Assembly (NCBI GenBank): GCA_030141605.1 | Contig: JAQGDQ010000151.1 | Coordinates: forward strand, 310,001-374,000 | DNA from: Tubiluchus corallicola | Taxonomy: Eukaryota > Animalia > Priapulida | Direction of reading: 5' to 3' | DNA: 64,000 nucleotides | In this document: one piece after another, positions 49,981 to 64,000 of the stretch | Position numbering within the stretch: the first letter of the stretch is position 1 | How the letters are laid out: every line of letters starts with the position of its first letter | Position numbers and translations under genes: made by a program | The notes under the pieces: model-generated | What the model was told of the DNA's origin: nothing | The model's database searches: none | What the model saw: only the letters and a program-made list of their open reading frames with translations

Positions 49981-52549
49981 GGAATTGAATTGAGCTATCG
50001 CAATAGAGGCTATCTTCCATCAGGCTGTAAAGTTTTAAGGCAGAACGACCAAGACCAGGAAAGACAGCCAGTTAGCCTTATGTATGGTCCGACGCCGTTA
50101 CATCATATTAACAAGTTAAAGATGACCATTGAATGTTCGAGCTCTAACTTTCGAGTTCGATTCGAAAAAGTTTGTTTAATCAAATTCAATTCCAGGTCAA
50201 ATTATTCATCACTTTGATCCACTAAACCACTAGTGCACTACATACTTTCTTTATTACTAAGATGTTTGAAACAGCATAAAATGAGTGCAATATATACGTG
50301 TGCTCAATTTTTAAACAAAATATTGGTCTTTCTCCTGCAGAACAAGATCAATAAATATGAACGATTTATGTGAACGTGATTATTAATTTTTTTATTAATT
50401 TTATCTTTCAAAAATTTATTTGAAAATCTTTAAATTTTGAATTTGATTCGGATTCATAATCTTGAAATTTGGTTTGATACTAGTTTAAAAATGAAAAAAT
50501 TGACTAGATTCAAAATTTTCTTTCCAATAGAGAAAGGTCGGGTATGTTATAACACCCATTAGCTGCAGTTCACATGGCTATAAAAGGACATAATTTAGAC
50601 AGATTGTAAAGTTCGTATTTGGATAAGGCAGGTTTTGGAAAGGTCAAGATGCTGAGATTGAACAGCTTGCAGAAGTCAACTATGACTCGGTGTATTTATT
50701 ATAAAAAGCTTCAAGGTTAATATGTCTTTAATTCATAATGTACATTAATTTTGCGAGAGCGAATTTGTGGAAAGACGTTGGACCCATAATAATTTAAGTA
50801 TGGAAAATGGCAACTATAATGCGTTACATGTATACCGCAAGTGATGCAGTACATATTTGGATCTTATATTTGGATTCATTAAAAATTACTTTATTAAGTT
50901 TATTGAGAAAATATACTTACATACTTTACTTTATCGTCTAGAACAGATTAACAGTAAACTAAAAATTAAGTAAAAAATTAAGCTATACAGGTCTACAGAA
51001 CAATCTAAAGTTTAGATATAATGCATCTAAAAATCTAGTGTATCATGCATACATAATTTATACAGGAAAATTATTTATTATAACACTAGCACTGTTATGT
51101 GTATACAGTAATTATCCCACGTAAGGTATCTTTAACAGGTGTGCTGCACAAAAATCTTGTGATGTCTGACCTGCCTAACTTTGTGCTGACTGAAATGTTC
51201 TATGATTTCAGGTGAAATATAAGCAATAAATAAAATGTTATCAGTAATACATGTCTCACAGAATATTGACACGTTGAACTAAAATTACTACTTTAGACAA
51301 TTTTATTTATTAATCAATTAACGTACAAATTGATTTTCAAAGAAAGCATGCCAAATCAGTCTTGTAAGATTTTTATCGACAGCTATGTAAAGGAAACAGC
51401 AACAATAAAAGTTTCGATTTATAGGGAGCCATATTGAGTAATTATTGCTTATTGGGACTTATAGAAGTGTCCTGCTTTGGCTAGTGGCATACTCCGTGCC
51501 CTACACAGGGTATGTCGATGTGGTCACAGAAAACACACACATCAGTAAAGTGGCGTTTATGTAGCATCTGGATGCTCGTGCACTTTGGGAGAGCGAAATA
51601 GATAACACCTGTTTGTGTTGTTCTCAGTGTACCCGTTTATGCAGGCTGCATATGCATTATTCTTTTTCTGGAGGGATTCTTATATTTTGATTTTTTCGGC
51701 AAGTTGAAAGCTAGTAGCTACTTACCAGCTAGTACAAGTCTCACTGATCGCATAAAATTATCCTAGAATCACAGCCAATTATACCATTCTGCAGCATAAA
51801 CAATTAATGTGAAACAAAGTATTTGTTGTAGTTAACACTGTCTGCCTTTTTCACACAAGAATTTAGTTACTGCTGCAAAGTTTGCAATGACTGTGTCAAA
51901 AGGATTATTGCAACAACAACAACAATAGTGCAACAGCAACATGATAGCAATAGGAAAAACAGCAACATACAGCTATAGCTACTACAATGACAACAGCCAA
52001 ATAGAGCAACAGCTTGCAACTTTATACACAGCAACAAAGAGTGATGTGTGCTGTATCATATGATAGATATGTATCAATCATTCAAGGACATTTTTCCCTC
52101 GAGACAGTGGGCACTCTCCAGTCTCGCAATGAAGTATTTCTTTAAATTAGAACTGTTCCATTGAGATCCTTTTATATGAAATCCAACAATGTGATCAATC
52201 TACCTTTGGCTTCTTTGATGGTATAATTGATTAATGAAAAACTTAAATAACTGGACTGTCTTCAGTTGTGATCTGAGCGTGACACACCCAGTCTAGTTTT
52301 CTGCATTTTAGTTTCCGACTACATTTTGCTATAAATCATATTGCTGTAGAAATGTTTCTTTATTATTACCACAATTGCTACAATAAACGTCATTAATTTT
52401 TAACAATATTAAAAGGTGAAAACTACAAAAACTATTTTTGTTACAACATAATTATTAATATTGATTATTGTTTTTATCAAATTAGGTCTTTAACGAAAAT
52501 TGGGAAATGAAAATAATTATCTTTCTCATACAGTTAATAGAATTAGTTT

Positions 52550-52640
52550 CTCCGGTCGCCAACATAAAAACAGGTCGCGAGCAAAGACTAAAATCATTGT
52601 GAAGAATTTTATAAAAAAGGAAAGATGGCGAATGTAGCTG
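52550..52640 (+). promoter_or_regulatory. Likely ASXL proximal promoter / 5' leader
   Basis: CpG-containing patch with GGTCGCGAG (~52573) and a YY1-like AAGATGGCG (52622-52630), about 90 nt before the ASXL ATG. TSS unknown. Confidence 0.4.
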
Positions 52641-52715
52641 AAAAGTTTTTCGAAAACAAAAACCATTTCCTTGTTATAATGCGTTTAAAACGGTCATGGG
52701 TCTTGAATTATTAAA

Positions 52716-55700
52716 ATGCAAGCCGAAGACAAGCACAATAAGGAGAGCATGAAGAAAAGTACTGATTTGACGTGGGTGGAGGCAGCTAAGATGGTGAGCT
52801 AATTTTGGCCCCCATAGCTTGTGTTCTAACTTGCCAGTTCGTTCTTACAGAGTGTAAAATACGCCCTCAGTTTCGTGCCAAAATTTGCCTAGTCTGGCTT
52901 TAAGGCAGTTAACAGTGGTTGCAACAACCACATTATTTGGCAATTCCAGAAATTCAAATTCCGTCAGTGCTGTGCTGTTTTTGGTGATGTAGACTGTGTT
53001 CACATCCTTTCCTTTTCCCTGGTTTCTTAAATTATAAAATGCTATTATAATTGTGATTGTAATTTATTGTCCACTTCAGGATCGCATTGTAACTATATAT
53101 CAAATCAATTACTTGTATTACATTTCAAATCAATGTAATCACAATAATTATAACACTTAAAACTAAAAGAACTATATTAATATAGTTACTAACTACATGA
53201 TAATTTATCAACAGGAAAAATATGCTGCATGGTGGTCAAGAAGCAAAGCTTGTAAGACCACCATGGAAAGTGGAGAAAAACTTCTTAACAAGCGAAAAAA
53301 TAGGAAAACAGAGAATAGTTAAAATAACATAATAGACAAAGGTAGAGAAAAAGAGAAGAGAAATGAAATAGAAAGGAGTTCAGCAGTGACGCGATGCAAA
53401 CGTATGAAAATATAAACTGTAATGTAACCAGTCGCGGGATGTACAGTAACTGGCTCGACATACGTGAAGAATTAGCAATTGTTTTGTGAATTACTGACTT
53501 GGTCAGCTCTTTGATTTCAAGTATTGCTATTTCTAGCTCTTCAAGTTTTAACCAATATATGCGAGGGAAAATATCACATTTATGTGGAACTGAGTTGCTA
53601 TTCCTTAGCATAACAATAAGACAAAGTTAAGCAAATTTAATTTTATAAATTGTTGTACATCATTTGGTTTACAACATTTAAATTATTAATATTTTTTTCC
53701 AGTTACATTTCCATAATATAACTTTGTATGAAAAGTTTTTTGGGACACACTTAACTTTGGAGTTGTTAGAGCAATAGTAACCTCCAGACAAGTAGCTATT
53801 TAGGTTGAGTGAATTAAGTCCTTTGGCCAAAAATTATGTAAATAATGTATAATGAAATGGCTTTTAAATCTGCATTGTTGTTTTACTAGCTCAATTGAAT
53901 AAATTAGGTTCTTGCCACATATTTTCGCATTATAAAATTTGTATGCAAACATTTTAGGTCCTTAAAGCAAATCCTGCAACTCCCATGAGTCACAAAGAAA
54001 TCCTGAAGGTGATAGAAGCTGAAAATTTGAAGCAGATGCGGTAAGTTTAGGGTTGTCACAAATCTGGATCTACCCTGAATCTCATTTTCGAACCTGGTTC
54101 AAATCTGAATCTCAGTTTAAAAGATTTTCGACTCTACATCGAATTTGAATCTCAATTTAAAATAATTTTTGAATTGATAAAGAGCAAAACATTTTTAAGA
54201 GGAAAGCTGGTGAATAAGTAATTTAAAACGTATGGAGGATGTCCATGTCTTGTGTGCCACTGAGTTTATTGTAAATCTTAAATCCAGAAGATGCTTTTAT
54301 TGTCTTATAAATGTTGTGCAAGTGACCGGAATCACCCACGGTCATCATCCAAATTTTTGCCAAAGAGCTAACGATTCTGAACATTGTGAGATGTCATGAA
54401 CAAAATTACACACCGGTGTTTGGATATGAGAGTGTAGGTAACCATTTTATTTAATTTAGTGTTTTGTTTTATTAATAGTGGTACGGCACCATTGCCGTGT
54501 CTCAATGCACTGCTTAATGCCATGTCACATGGCCCGGACAGCATTTTCTACAAGGTGGCTGGAAGGATGGGCGTCTATGGATTAAAGGTAAAATAAACTT
54601 TAGTATAGCACTTTGTTTGAATCTGCCTAGTTAACCCATTTCCATTTGCTTTAACACAGTTAGAATTACTTTGTTCATGTTCTCACTACTGATAGTGCTT
54701 AGGGTATCATCAGTTGTTTACATTTTAGTGCATCTCAATTGTATAATATGAAGTGTATTGTTGACGGAAAGTGTTTCTCATTCATTGCAAAACACAGGCT
54801 TTTTAGACAGTTTCTTTTTTTGGGAATTTCTTTACAATTATTGAGAATCAAGTCTGTTTGTAGGATGACCTGCCAGAGGGAGTTGTGCTTTTAGAAATGG
54901 AGGAAGAGCAAACCACTGAATTGAACCTTGACGAGACTGGAGAACCGTTAGATGGGCAACCCCTTAAAGAATGTTCTTCGACAGAATTTCAAAAACAAAA
55001 GGGTACATAATTTGAGTTTTATAACTTGGCATAAATTCATAAAGTAAATAATTCATAATTACTATTCATCTTCACCATCATATACCCATCACGTCTGTTG
55101 TACACATTAGGCTGGCTGAATTCTAAAATAAAAGGTATCTACCCTTCAGACAGGTAAACACAACAGTTGATCCAGCAAAAAAAGCTAGACACTGCTATGC
55201 CAGTGGCCTGTCAGCACCATTTCGGATCAGTGATTTTAATTACAAAAATGTCACAAACACTATTTTGGCTGTTATGTCATTTTGCGTAATGTACATGATA
55301 AAAATTGGCGCGTTTTTGTGCCTATATAGTAAACTACTGTAGCGAAGTTGTGAAAATACTGCTGCTATATGTTAGAAAAACAGTAGTTTTTGAAAACTAC
55401 GTATAAAAATGTGTTGGTGAATTGTTATAAGTTATGATTTCACAATCTGGCAGTGATTTTGTTTTATTTTATGCAGTGTATTATGCGCAACTGCCTCCTG
55501 GTGTAAAGACCATACCTCCTCCACCTGTGCCAAAGCCACCACTAGGAGTAGCTGTCCAGGAGAACCTGGAGAACCAACCAACTAGATCTGTCCAAGATGC
55601 TACGGCTGGTGTGTTTTTATCAAAATGGAAATCATTTGTATTTCTGTTCCGCATGTGTTATTAGTGTAATAATAGTCATTCATAAAATACATTTAACACA

Positions 55701-58700
55701 AATATTTATTATGGAATATTTATTTAACTAGTTTGATTTACCATTTATTCGTTATTCACTAAAAAGTTTTGCATCGTAATTTTATAGAGAGTACTCCAAA
55801 TCAAACACAAGGCCATCCTGTCAGTCAAGTGCAGCCGCTAAGACGATCTCTTCGAGCTAGGAAGATGCGTAGAGGGTTTCCTCGAATTATAGTAAAGACG
55901 CTACCTCCAAGGCCTTCTAGAAGTTCACCAACAAGTAGGAATTTTCCATCTTTATGCTGTGATTTATATATTTCATTTAAATTTTTGAATGGTTTAATGC
56001 ACGGGACATCCATTTATTGCTTAATTTGTACATTTTTATAGCAGTCTTTCACACGTCTACTACAACAACCAGCATTTCGGAGATGACGTGCATGACGTCT
56101 ATGATGCAGTCAACCCCAGTGACCATCTCATCAGTCGCTGTTCAGCCTGTCCCAAAGTCTGTTATCTTGCCGCCACCTAGAAACATTGTGACGGCACTTC
56201 GCAGCAGTGCAGTGGCTAATACGCGATCACGTACCAGTCTTAAGGATTCAGTTGTGAAAAATGGTGTACTTCAACCAAACGAAAGGGAGAAGGTAAACAA
56301 TGACAAGGGAGCTGCATTAAAGAAAACTGAGGAAAAGGAAGGCCAGAAAGATGACAAATTAACTTACATGTCTGCAAAGGTAAATAAAATTAAAATTGTT
56401 GTTTGTTAAATTACATTTTCTGATTTTGTCATTTTTGATAGTTTTTTTATGTGAGCTTATTTGTACTTTTGAAATCTGTATTTGTATTTTATGATGTTGA
56501 AACTTGTATTACTTTTGTATTGAGCATTCTAATAGTATGAGCATGGAAAGTAGTGATTTTTATAGTAGTTTTACTTCACTTTGAAGAGTTGCATTAAAGC
56601 AATCGTTATGTGTCTTACCTATCTAGTATGAATGACAGAAAAATCATTTATACTTTTGATGCTCACTAACATTTAAATTTCTTTTGTAGAAAAAATACAG
56701 GAGGTATAAGAAACAAACCAATAAAACTGCTGAGCAGAGTGATGTTTATACTCCACAAGAGACCGTCGACCTTTCAACACCTGATTCTGTACTCATACAT
56801 ACAACGCTCAGGGTAATCACATGATTTTTCCAAATCCTAAAATGATCTAGGCTTTACCAATGTATTTGCTTTAGCAAAGAAGCTTAAATGAATTTTGAAA
56901 ATTTTGATAGTCTGAGGAAAATGTTTACTGAGTTTGTGGTGGCGAAAAAAGGTCAGAACACGATGCATGCCTGTCTCGTATTTAACTGTGATTTAAAAGA
57001 GGTTGTAAATATTGATGAATCATTTCACAATTGTCTTTAATTCTGCTTTTCTATGTTCAATGGAATTGCAATTATAAATTAAGAAGATTTTTTTTTGCAT
57101 TTTAGAATTTGATCAATAAACACACGTTGATGCAACTACCTCCTTCTTGTCAACTGAAACTCATCAAGAAACTTCCGGAAGTTGACCAACTAGAATGCGG
57201 GGGAATTCCAAAGTAATTCTGCTAAGTTTTAGTTTACTGGTACCACAGAAATGTGAAACAGTACTGACAAAGTTTCGATAAAGCAAACTCAAAATCTTTT
57301 TTAGTCTAGAAGTTAGTGTTTTCATGTGTCACTTTAATTAAAGGAAAAGACAAGTCGCCTCAGCATGCTGGATTTATGTTATTGTTATCACTAAACTTGC
57401 AAAGAACTGTCTGTAAAAATAGATTTAAAATATACTGTCTCTGAATAGAAATGTTCAGACATGGTAGTTGCCGCCATTACTTGAAAATCGTGCTGTAACT
57501 GGGAAATTTCATGACTTTTCGTAAGCTTGCACTGCTTAAACTAATTCAAACTTCTACAGCTTCCAATGTTCATGCAAAATATTACAAAATTAGCTATCTA
57601 TTTTTTAAATTTATTATGCTTTTGGCATGGACATTGGCATCGAAAATTAAAATGGCGCTACTTTTCTTCAGGACGAATGTTGTCATTAGAAGAAAAATAG
57701 GCATTGAAAATGGGAGTGTCAGAGCATGAAGTGATCGTGACTTTAAAGTGATTTTACTAATCACACGAGGCGCTTATTGCAGTCAGTTTTTTACTAAATT
57801 CTTCTAACAGTTTTTGCAAACTTCCCAGAGGGCTTCACCTTTCTTTTTATGTTTGGTTTTCACAACATCTTTGTTTTTGCACAGAAATATTTCTGGTTCA
57901 GTACTGAACAATGAGTTCTTCGCTAGTGCCCTACATGAGTGGCAGGAGAAACTGGCTACCGGAGAGTTTTTACCTGATAGCAAACAGCGAGTGAAGCTGG
58001 AACGCGAAAAGGATCTGGGGAAGTTAGATCCGTGGAAACTCAAACATTTTGAACCTGTCTGGGGCCAAACGTAAGTTTATTCCTTGACTGTTAACTTACT
58101 GCTGCATTAAAGCTTATGGTGAGTGTTTTTGCAATTTAGTTTTAACTCCTGGAACTTTTCATGACTTTATTAATTCTTGTGCTAAATTTAAAATGCTGAA
58201 TGTTATGTATTAGGTTGCATACTTGAACATTTGAAATGTTCGATAAGCCCAAGGAAATTTTTTTTTAGTAACCACATCTTTTTTGGTCCTAGGCATTTGG
58301 CTTGGCTTTTTCGTCAAAGATGGGTGACATTTTTTTTTTATGGCATTGTGCCTGAAGTCATTTAATGTCAACTTTATTTATAGGTCTAAGCGGCTCAGTT
58401 TTATCGTATTGGAATCTTTTTCAACAGTTTTTGTTTAAACATGTATTTTTGGCAGAGATAAAATTCCCAATTTTGTATTTTTATGTTGAACGTATTTTTA
58501 AAGTGTATTGACCTAACCTATAATTGAATTACCTAACTAACTGACTGTTAGGGACATCGTGTTTAAATAGTGAGTAGTGGACAGTTGATAAAGCTTTAAT
58601 CCTTTAATTTTTTATTTAAAGTTGTGCTTCTCGGCGATATGATCCTGCCGAATTTTCCTCCATTAACAAGCTGTCAAAACGTTCTGCAGCAAAACTTAAT

Positions 58701-61700
58701 CGCTCTGAGAGAAAGATACCTGCTGCTGTGAAGAAATCTTCCCGCATTGCCGCATCTCTGGCTAAACGAAGAGCAGCTCGTTTAGGTAATCAGTATATTT
58801 GTTCATTAAGATACCATGCAAAATTTACAGTTCTAAATTGATATTAAATCAAATATAAAATTGAAGAAAAATCATTGTCATGTTTTATAGTTCTGTAGTT
58901 AACAGGTAGTAAATTTTTTTTTTAACAAATTGGATAGATTAACTCTACATAATAAATTACGGGATACTGACAATTTATCTTTGGAAATATTTAACTAGAC
59001 AAATCTGGGAATCCTATTTTCTTAACTACTCTCAGAGTCCCAATATGTGATTCATTTCTTCTATAGCAAGTGGTGTCGCTAAGCAAGAAGCAGAAGGAAT
59101 TGACAAAAAAGATGATGTTAAGTCAAATGTTGTCTGCAAAATTTCTACACAAGCAGAGGAAGAAGAAGAAAAGAGGTCTATTGGTAGTAGTGAAGCACCT
59201 ATGAAAGCTTCTAAGGTCGAATCGACTGTGGATGGTGAACCCGTTCCTGTAAAGTTGCCAGTGTGGCAACAGTCAAGTACACAGTCTCCTTTATCAGAAG
59301 CAAAGGACGTTGCCAATGATGCCGAAAGAAATGTGCCAAGTTCTCCTCCACGAATTGACAGTGATGTGACAAAAATGGAGCAAGTGGAGGCTGAACTGGA
59401 GAGTGGAGGAGCTGCGAAGCGTGTCCTGCCAGTAAGTGTGAGCGCTTTTAGCTTCACATCCTTGCTTCAAGTTTTTCTTTTCTTTATTTTTGAAAGCTGA
59501 AAGCATCCTACTGCACAGTGAAGTTATGTATTACTCACTTGTACTTTTTGTACTATCAAAGTTTACTCGGGTAGTAAACAGAATTGTCCCATTTATGTTT
59601 TAGTTGCAACAAATGTTTACCATCATCTTTTCATTTAGATACCAAAATTTGCTCTCCTGTTCCCTCACAGATAAATTAGTTTTTTGGCTACTTATGTTTT
59701 ACCTTGGTAATTATGTTCAGGCATTGGAAATAGCTCAAAAGACTGTTATTTGCTACTGTAAGTTTGTTGTAGTTTTGCTGACCCTTTGTCAACATTAGCT
59801 AATTCGCCACAGTTGACCAGTTAGCAAAGTTAACATTGCTACTTAATTTTTGTCCAGTAGTGACTGCACGTAGTTTACTAATTTGTTGAATTTCTTGTTA
59901 ATAATTAGTGTAGTGTACAGGAAATGATTGTTTCTTGCCTTTTTTGCATGTTTTCTAGATATTTCCACTGCTTACTGTAGCACATTATACTTACAAATTG
60001 CAATATAATTTCACATTATAACATTGTAAAGTGGTTAGCATCTTTTCATAGCTTTATAAATGATATTCCACTAAAAATTTTCCCCTGCCAAAAATTGATA
60101 ACATGAGTTTTAAACATAACAGTGTACGCTAAACCTACTCAAGCATCGACTATGCATGCTTGTAAAATTTGCTGTTTCTGGGCCTAAACTGCTTTATTAG
60201 TTTTTTGGAGCTTTACAGTCTTCTGTCTTAGTTTTAATCTAGTTGATTTAAAAGGGCTATTAGTCCCTTTCTCAAAGCGTCATTTGTCTTGAGTGGAAAG
60301 ACTAACATAAAAAAATTAAACTGTGCCAGAATTTTCTTTCATGCTGTGCTCCTTAGTGCAACATATGTAACATTTTTTCAGACTGAGGTACCTAAAGACG
60401 AAGCTAGTGCCAAACGATTAAAATCCATATCAGAAGTTCCAGTAAGCAGTAATCCTACAGTGACAATAGTGAGACCTGCATCACCTTTTGCGCATCCCAC
60501 AACCACGATTGCTAACAAGGCAGCCATGTTTACACAGCAGCTAAAAACCTACTCTGCTTTGCGTGCACAAGCGGAAAAATACGTGCCATTCAGCATGGCA
60601 TCAGGTAGAGCTTTTCCAAGCATTATACGACCACCGCGGACAGGGCAAACACGAACACTGGCACAGATAAAAGCAAGGACAAAGGCAAAATTGGCAGCAA
60701 CTAGTCAATCTCTGCCTCAGGTAACTGTTAAATTGTTTGATTCGCACTTGTACTTTAATTCTTATGAACAGTGAAAAAGTTTTAGTGGAAAATATTTCAT
60801 TCAATGTAACATAAAGCTGATGTAATAGAACCAAATGCACAATCAGACTGTGGCTCAATGATTTTGTTGTTAGGTTGACTGTCTACATGTTGTTCATAGT
60901 TATGGTGCTGTACACACTAAAAGCTTGTTCTGTGTCTTTTCAGGCTAGACTGCAGCAAAATATTGCTAACAGGGTACAACATCTAAGTCAGCCAAAGCCT
61001 TTAAACTCCGATTCTCCTGCACTAAGAGTACAGCATCATTTCCCAACACCTGTTCAAATAGTACAGCAATCACAGCTTAGCTCAACTGACCAATCATCTG
61101 TTATGGGTACAGGAAAAACCCCCGATCCATTTCTTGCACAGATTGTTGAACAGAAATCTGGTGGCGTGAACCTTCAGCGGTCTTACCAGATTTGTGAGGC
61201 GGTGCTGAAATCAAGCAAAGCAAAAGATTCGGAGAGTCTTCTCAGTAAGAATAAGAAGCCAGATAGTGGGTCACCTCCAAAAATAACCCCTTCTATTTTG
61301 ATCAATGGCAACATATCCTTGGATAATGCCTCAGTTTCTAACGAGGTGGTGTCTGGCTTGGCCGGAAATGTCACACTTGCCAATAGTTTAACGACAGCAT
61401 CAGTAACTTCTGTTATTTCAGGCTCGATGCCACCACCTAGTGGAAGCAACAATAACTTAATTAACACACTTCCACGAGCCGTTGCCTCTACAACAGTCTC
61501 ACCTTCAGATAATGGGAATTTACAAGGTATTATTGCAAGCAGTGGTAGTAAGATACTGAAAGCTTATCCCTCATCTGTGAGACAAAATGCAGGACTCCCT
61601 GGTAAAACTTATTATTATGTGGTGTCTTCTGGTGATGGAAACAAAGACATTCAACGTGCGTCAAGTGCGCCACCTGTGTCAGCTGAGTCACATGATCAGT

Positions 61701-62197
61701 CGGCCCTGCGTTGTGCGAGCGCTGACGATATAAAACCTTCATGTTCTGTGCATGCTATTGGTCATTCAGTGCCTAGTGCTTCAGTCAGTGGTCAATCGGC
61801 CAACACAGTTTTGCAGAACACTTCCATGAGTAATGGTGATATTCAGGTGGTCAGTTTGATTCCTGGCAAACCTGTTCCTAATGGTATGCTAGTGGGAAAT
61901 GCGATTAAACCTTTTTCTGCACAGACTATAGTAGATGGTCAGCGGCCTGTGGTGTTCACACAAGAGCAGCAAGTCCTTGTGCAAAACCAACCAAATGGTG
62001 CGGTTATGGTTGTGGCAACGCCTGGTCGACCAGCTCAACTACCTCAGACTGTGGTAGTCAATGAACAGCAGAATACTGATCAGTCTAATTGTGTGTGTAA
62101 CTTAAAACCTATGCACATATGTAAAAATTGCGGTGCCTTTTGTCATGATGATTGTATTGGACCCTCAAAACTTTGTGTGACTTGTTTAATACGGTAG
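52716..62197 (+). CDS. ASXL: Additional sex combs-like Polycomb protein (HARE-HTH, DEUBAD, C-terminal PHD)
   Basis: Exons 52716-52793, 53958-54040, 54479-54587, 54864-55002, 55477-55608, 55788-55934, 56042-56379, 56690-56812, 57106-57212, 57885-58070, 58622-58785, 59067-59431, 60382-60720, 60944-62197 (3564 nt, 1187 aa). [41 protein letters not shown]; [50 protein letters not shown]; [13 protein letters not shown]; [11 protein letters not shown]; [35 protein letters not shown]. Confidence 0.95.
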
Positions 62198-64000
62198 CAG
62201 AAAAGCCACAGTTTAGAAAAGCTTCACCGTATTAGTGTGTTACGTGTTTTTATATCGGGACATACTTATATTTATTAGACTGGCACTCAACTGCTATACA
62301 TAATTAATATAACAGCAGAAATCTTTATGCAAAAGCCTTGATTGTGTTTATAGGAACTGGCATTGCCTATCAAATCAATTGTGTTGATAACAAAACTGTG
62401 ATGATAATTTCAATTATTATTTTCATGCTGTAAACCTATGTTGTGTGGTGACAACATGTAGTTCATTGTAGCCTTATTATTGTAATAATTTTATTCAGTT
62501 GGTTTTCACTTACTGTGAATTCTTTATTGCTGCACAATGACCTATAGATTGAAGGATACTCAAACTATCTTTATTTTTGCTTGTATTTAATTATTCCTGC
62601 CACCACAATTTTACTTTAGCCATCATTTTAGAAATGTTTTATTATGGTTGGTTGTTTTTAACTGTGACCAAGTTGCACATTGGGTAGTAGCGCTCTCTGA
62701 GAGAAGCACTGGTTGAGCAATTTTTGCATCTGAATTTGTTGTGTAGTACAAATGTTTTTATTCATAACAACCAATTTTCTTAAGACAATGAGGTAACTTT
62801 ATTCAGTTTTGTGAGCTTTCTCAGGTTAGACATGTTTTTCCTCATGCATATTTTAGACATCTAGAGTTTGATTTCTTTTTCGTTTAAGGAAAGTAGTGCT
62901 GTTGAAACATTTCCTGTAAATTTTAGCAATGCAATTCTGTGAGGATATTTAGTATAGTAGTCCAAATGACAATTATGTTGCCTCGATCATTTGTCCGTTT
63001 GAAGCATTGTTGTACACTTAAAATACAAATTAATTGGCTAAACTAGAAGTCATTTTTTATGAACATCTCATGGGCTGGCATGTAAGTGTTGTGATGCAGT
63101 CTACTGGATAGAAAAATAATCAGCAAAACGACTTCACCGGTGCAACAGTTAGTAAACCAGTAAAGTAGCATTTGAAATAGTTAGGTAGAGATCACTATGT
63201 TATCTTGTTTTGGCACTAGCTGTACTGCATAAATTTAGTTACATCTGTAGTATTCCCCTCAACACTGTTGTTTTGTACACACATATTTTTGCTTATACCC
63301 AGCTTACATAAATCGTTAATTAAGGCTAGTTATATGGCGCTGTATTCGCAAAGGTAATCCAGTAATTAATGTTTTCATGTTAAACAGCAAATGCGTTGAA
63401 AGGCCTTCATTGCACACAACTTTGTGCATATTCTCTTACATATAAATTAACAACATAATAGCAATTCTTACAACTATGTGCAATTTTTTGCTGTTGTAAT
63501 AAACTGACTAAAAGTGACACTATATATCACGACGTCAGTGCCACCTCCAAATTGCAGAAAGCCATATTCATATAAAAAACAAGTTAAAATTGCAGAATTT
63601 TGTTCATTTTAATTCCGAAATGGTGATATGCATTTTGTAAATATTGTATTTATTATAATTTCCTCTATTTGTTATGTAGACGATCTTCCCAATATTGTTT
63701 TAGTTATATCCACTTTTTAGTCAAACAATCTTATTTTAGTTATGAACAAATTTTTGTAAATAGCTGTACTATAATTGTGTGATATAACTTAACTGGATTC
63801 TTTCTGGGTTTTTTACTAGGAATTCTGAGTATTTTTCATATCTTTTTCTGTTAGCATTTTGGCATTCAAAGTATAATAATAATATTAATATAGTTTTCAT
63901 ATCATGAACAACTTTATTGTTTATTGTTTTATTACAGAAAAGTCTTCGTAGAAAAAGGGGAACTTTATATAACTTGTTTACGTCACTTAAAACATCCTCA

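Noticed and set aside
59032-59457. 141-aa antisense ORF inside ASXL (and similar antisense ORFs over the other genes)
   Set aside because: Shadow ORFs of real coding exons on the opposite strand.

Overview
AT-rich, intron-rich animal (invertebrate-looking) nuclear DNA, not prokaryotic. I assembled four spliced genes by hand from GT-AG junctions, and in each the exon lengths sum to a multiple of 3: (1) a polycystin-1-like channel/receptor (+, starts before or at the window edge, ends 23269; 19 exons in window); (2) TACO1 (-, 31249-25935); (3) an OATP/SLCO4-like transporter (-, 42171-34222), with a decayed duplicate of its first coding exon upstream (45617-44825); (4) ASXL (+, 52716-62197). Mobile DNA includes two oppositely oriented ~1 kb Tigger/pogo-derived elements in polycystin introns, a Penelope-like inverted repeat with a minimal hammerhead core, a solo LTR with a perfect 5-bp TSD, RTE/RTEX-type LINE fragments and MITE-like elements. 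The most unusual item is the polycystin ectodomain: a 25-Cys module with mirror-symmetric Cys spacing and a second, extracellular PLAT domain sit directly before the GPS. Also notable are a frameshifted small secreted-protein candidate just behind the SLCO stop codon and a solo LTR / pseudo-exon / SLCO arrangement. All calls come from motif recognition only; no searches were run.
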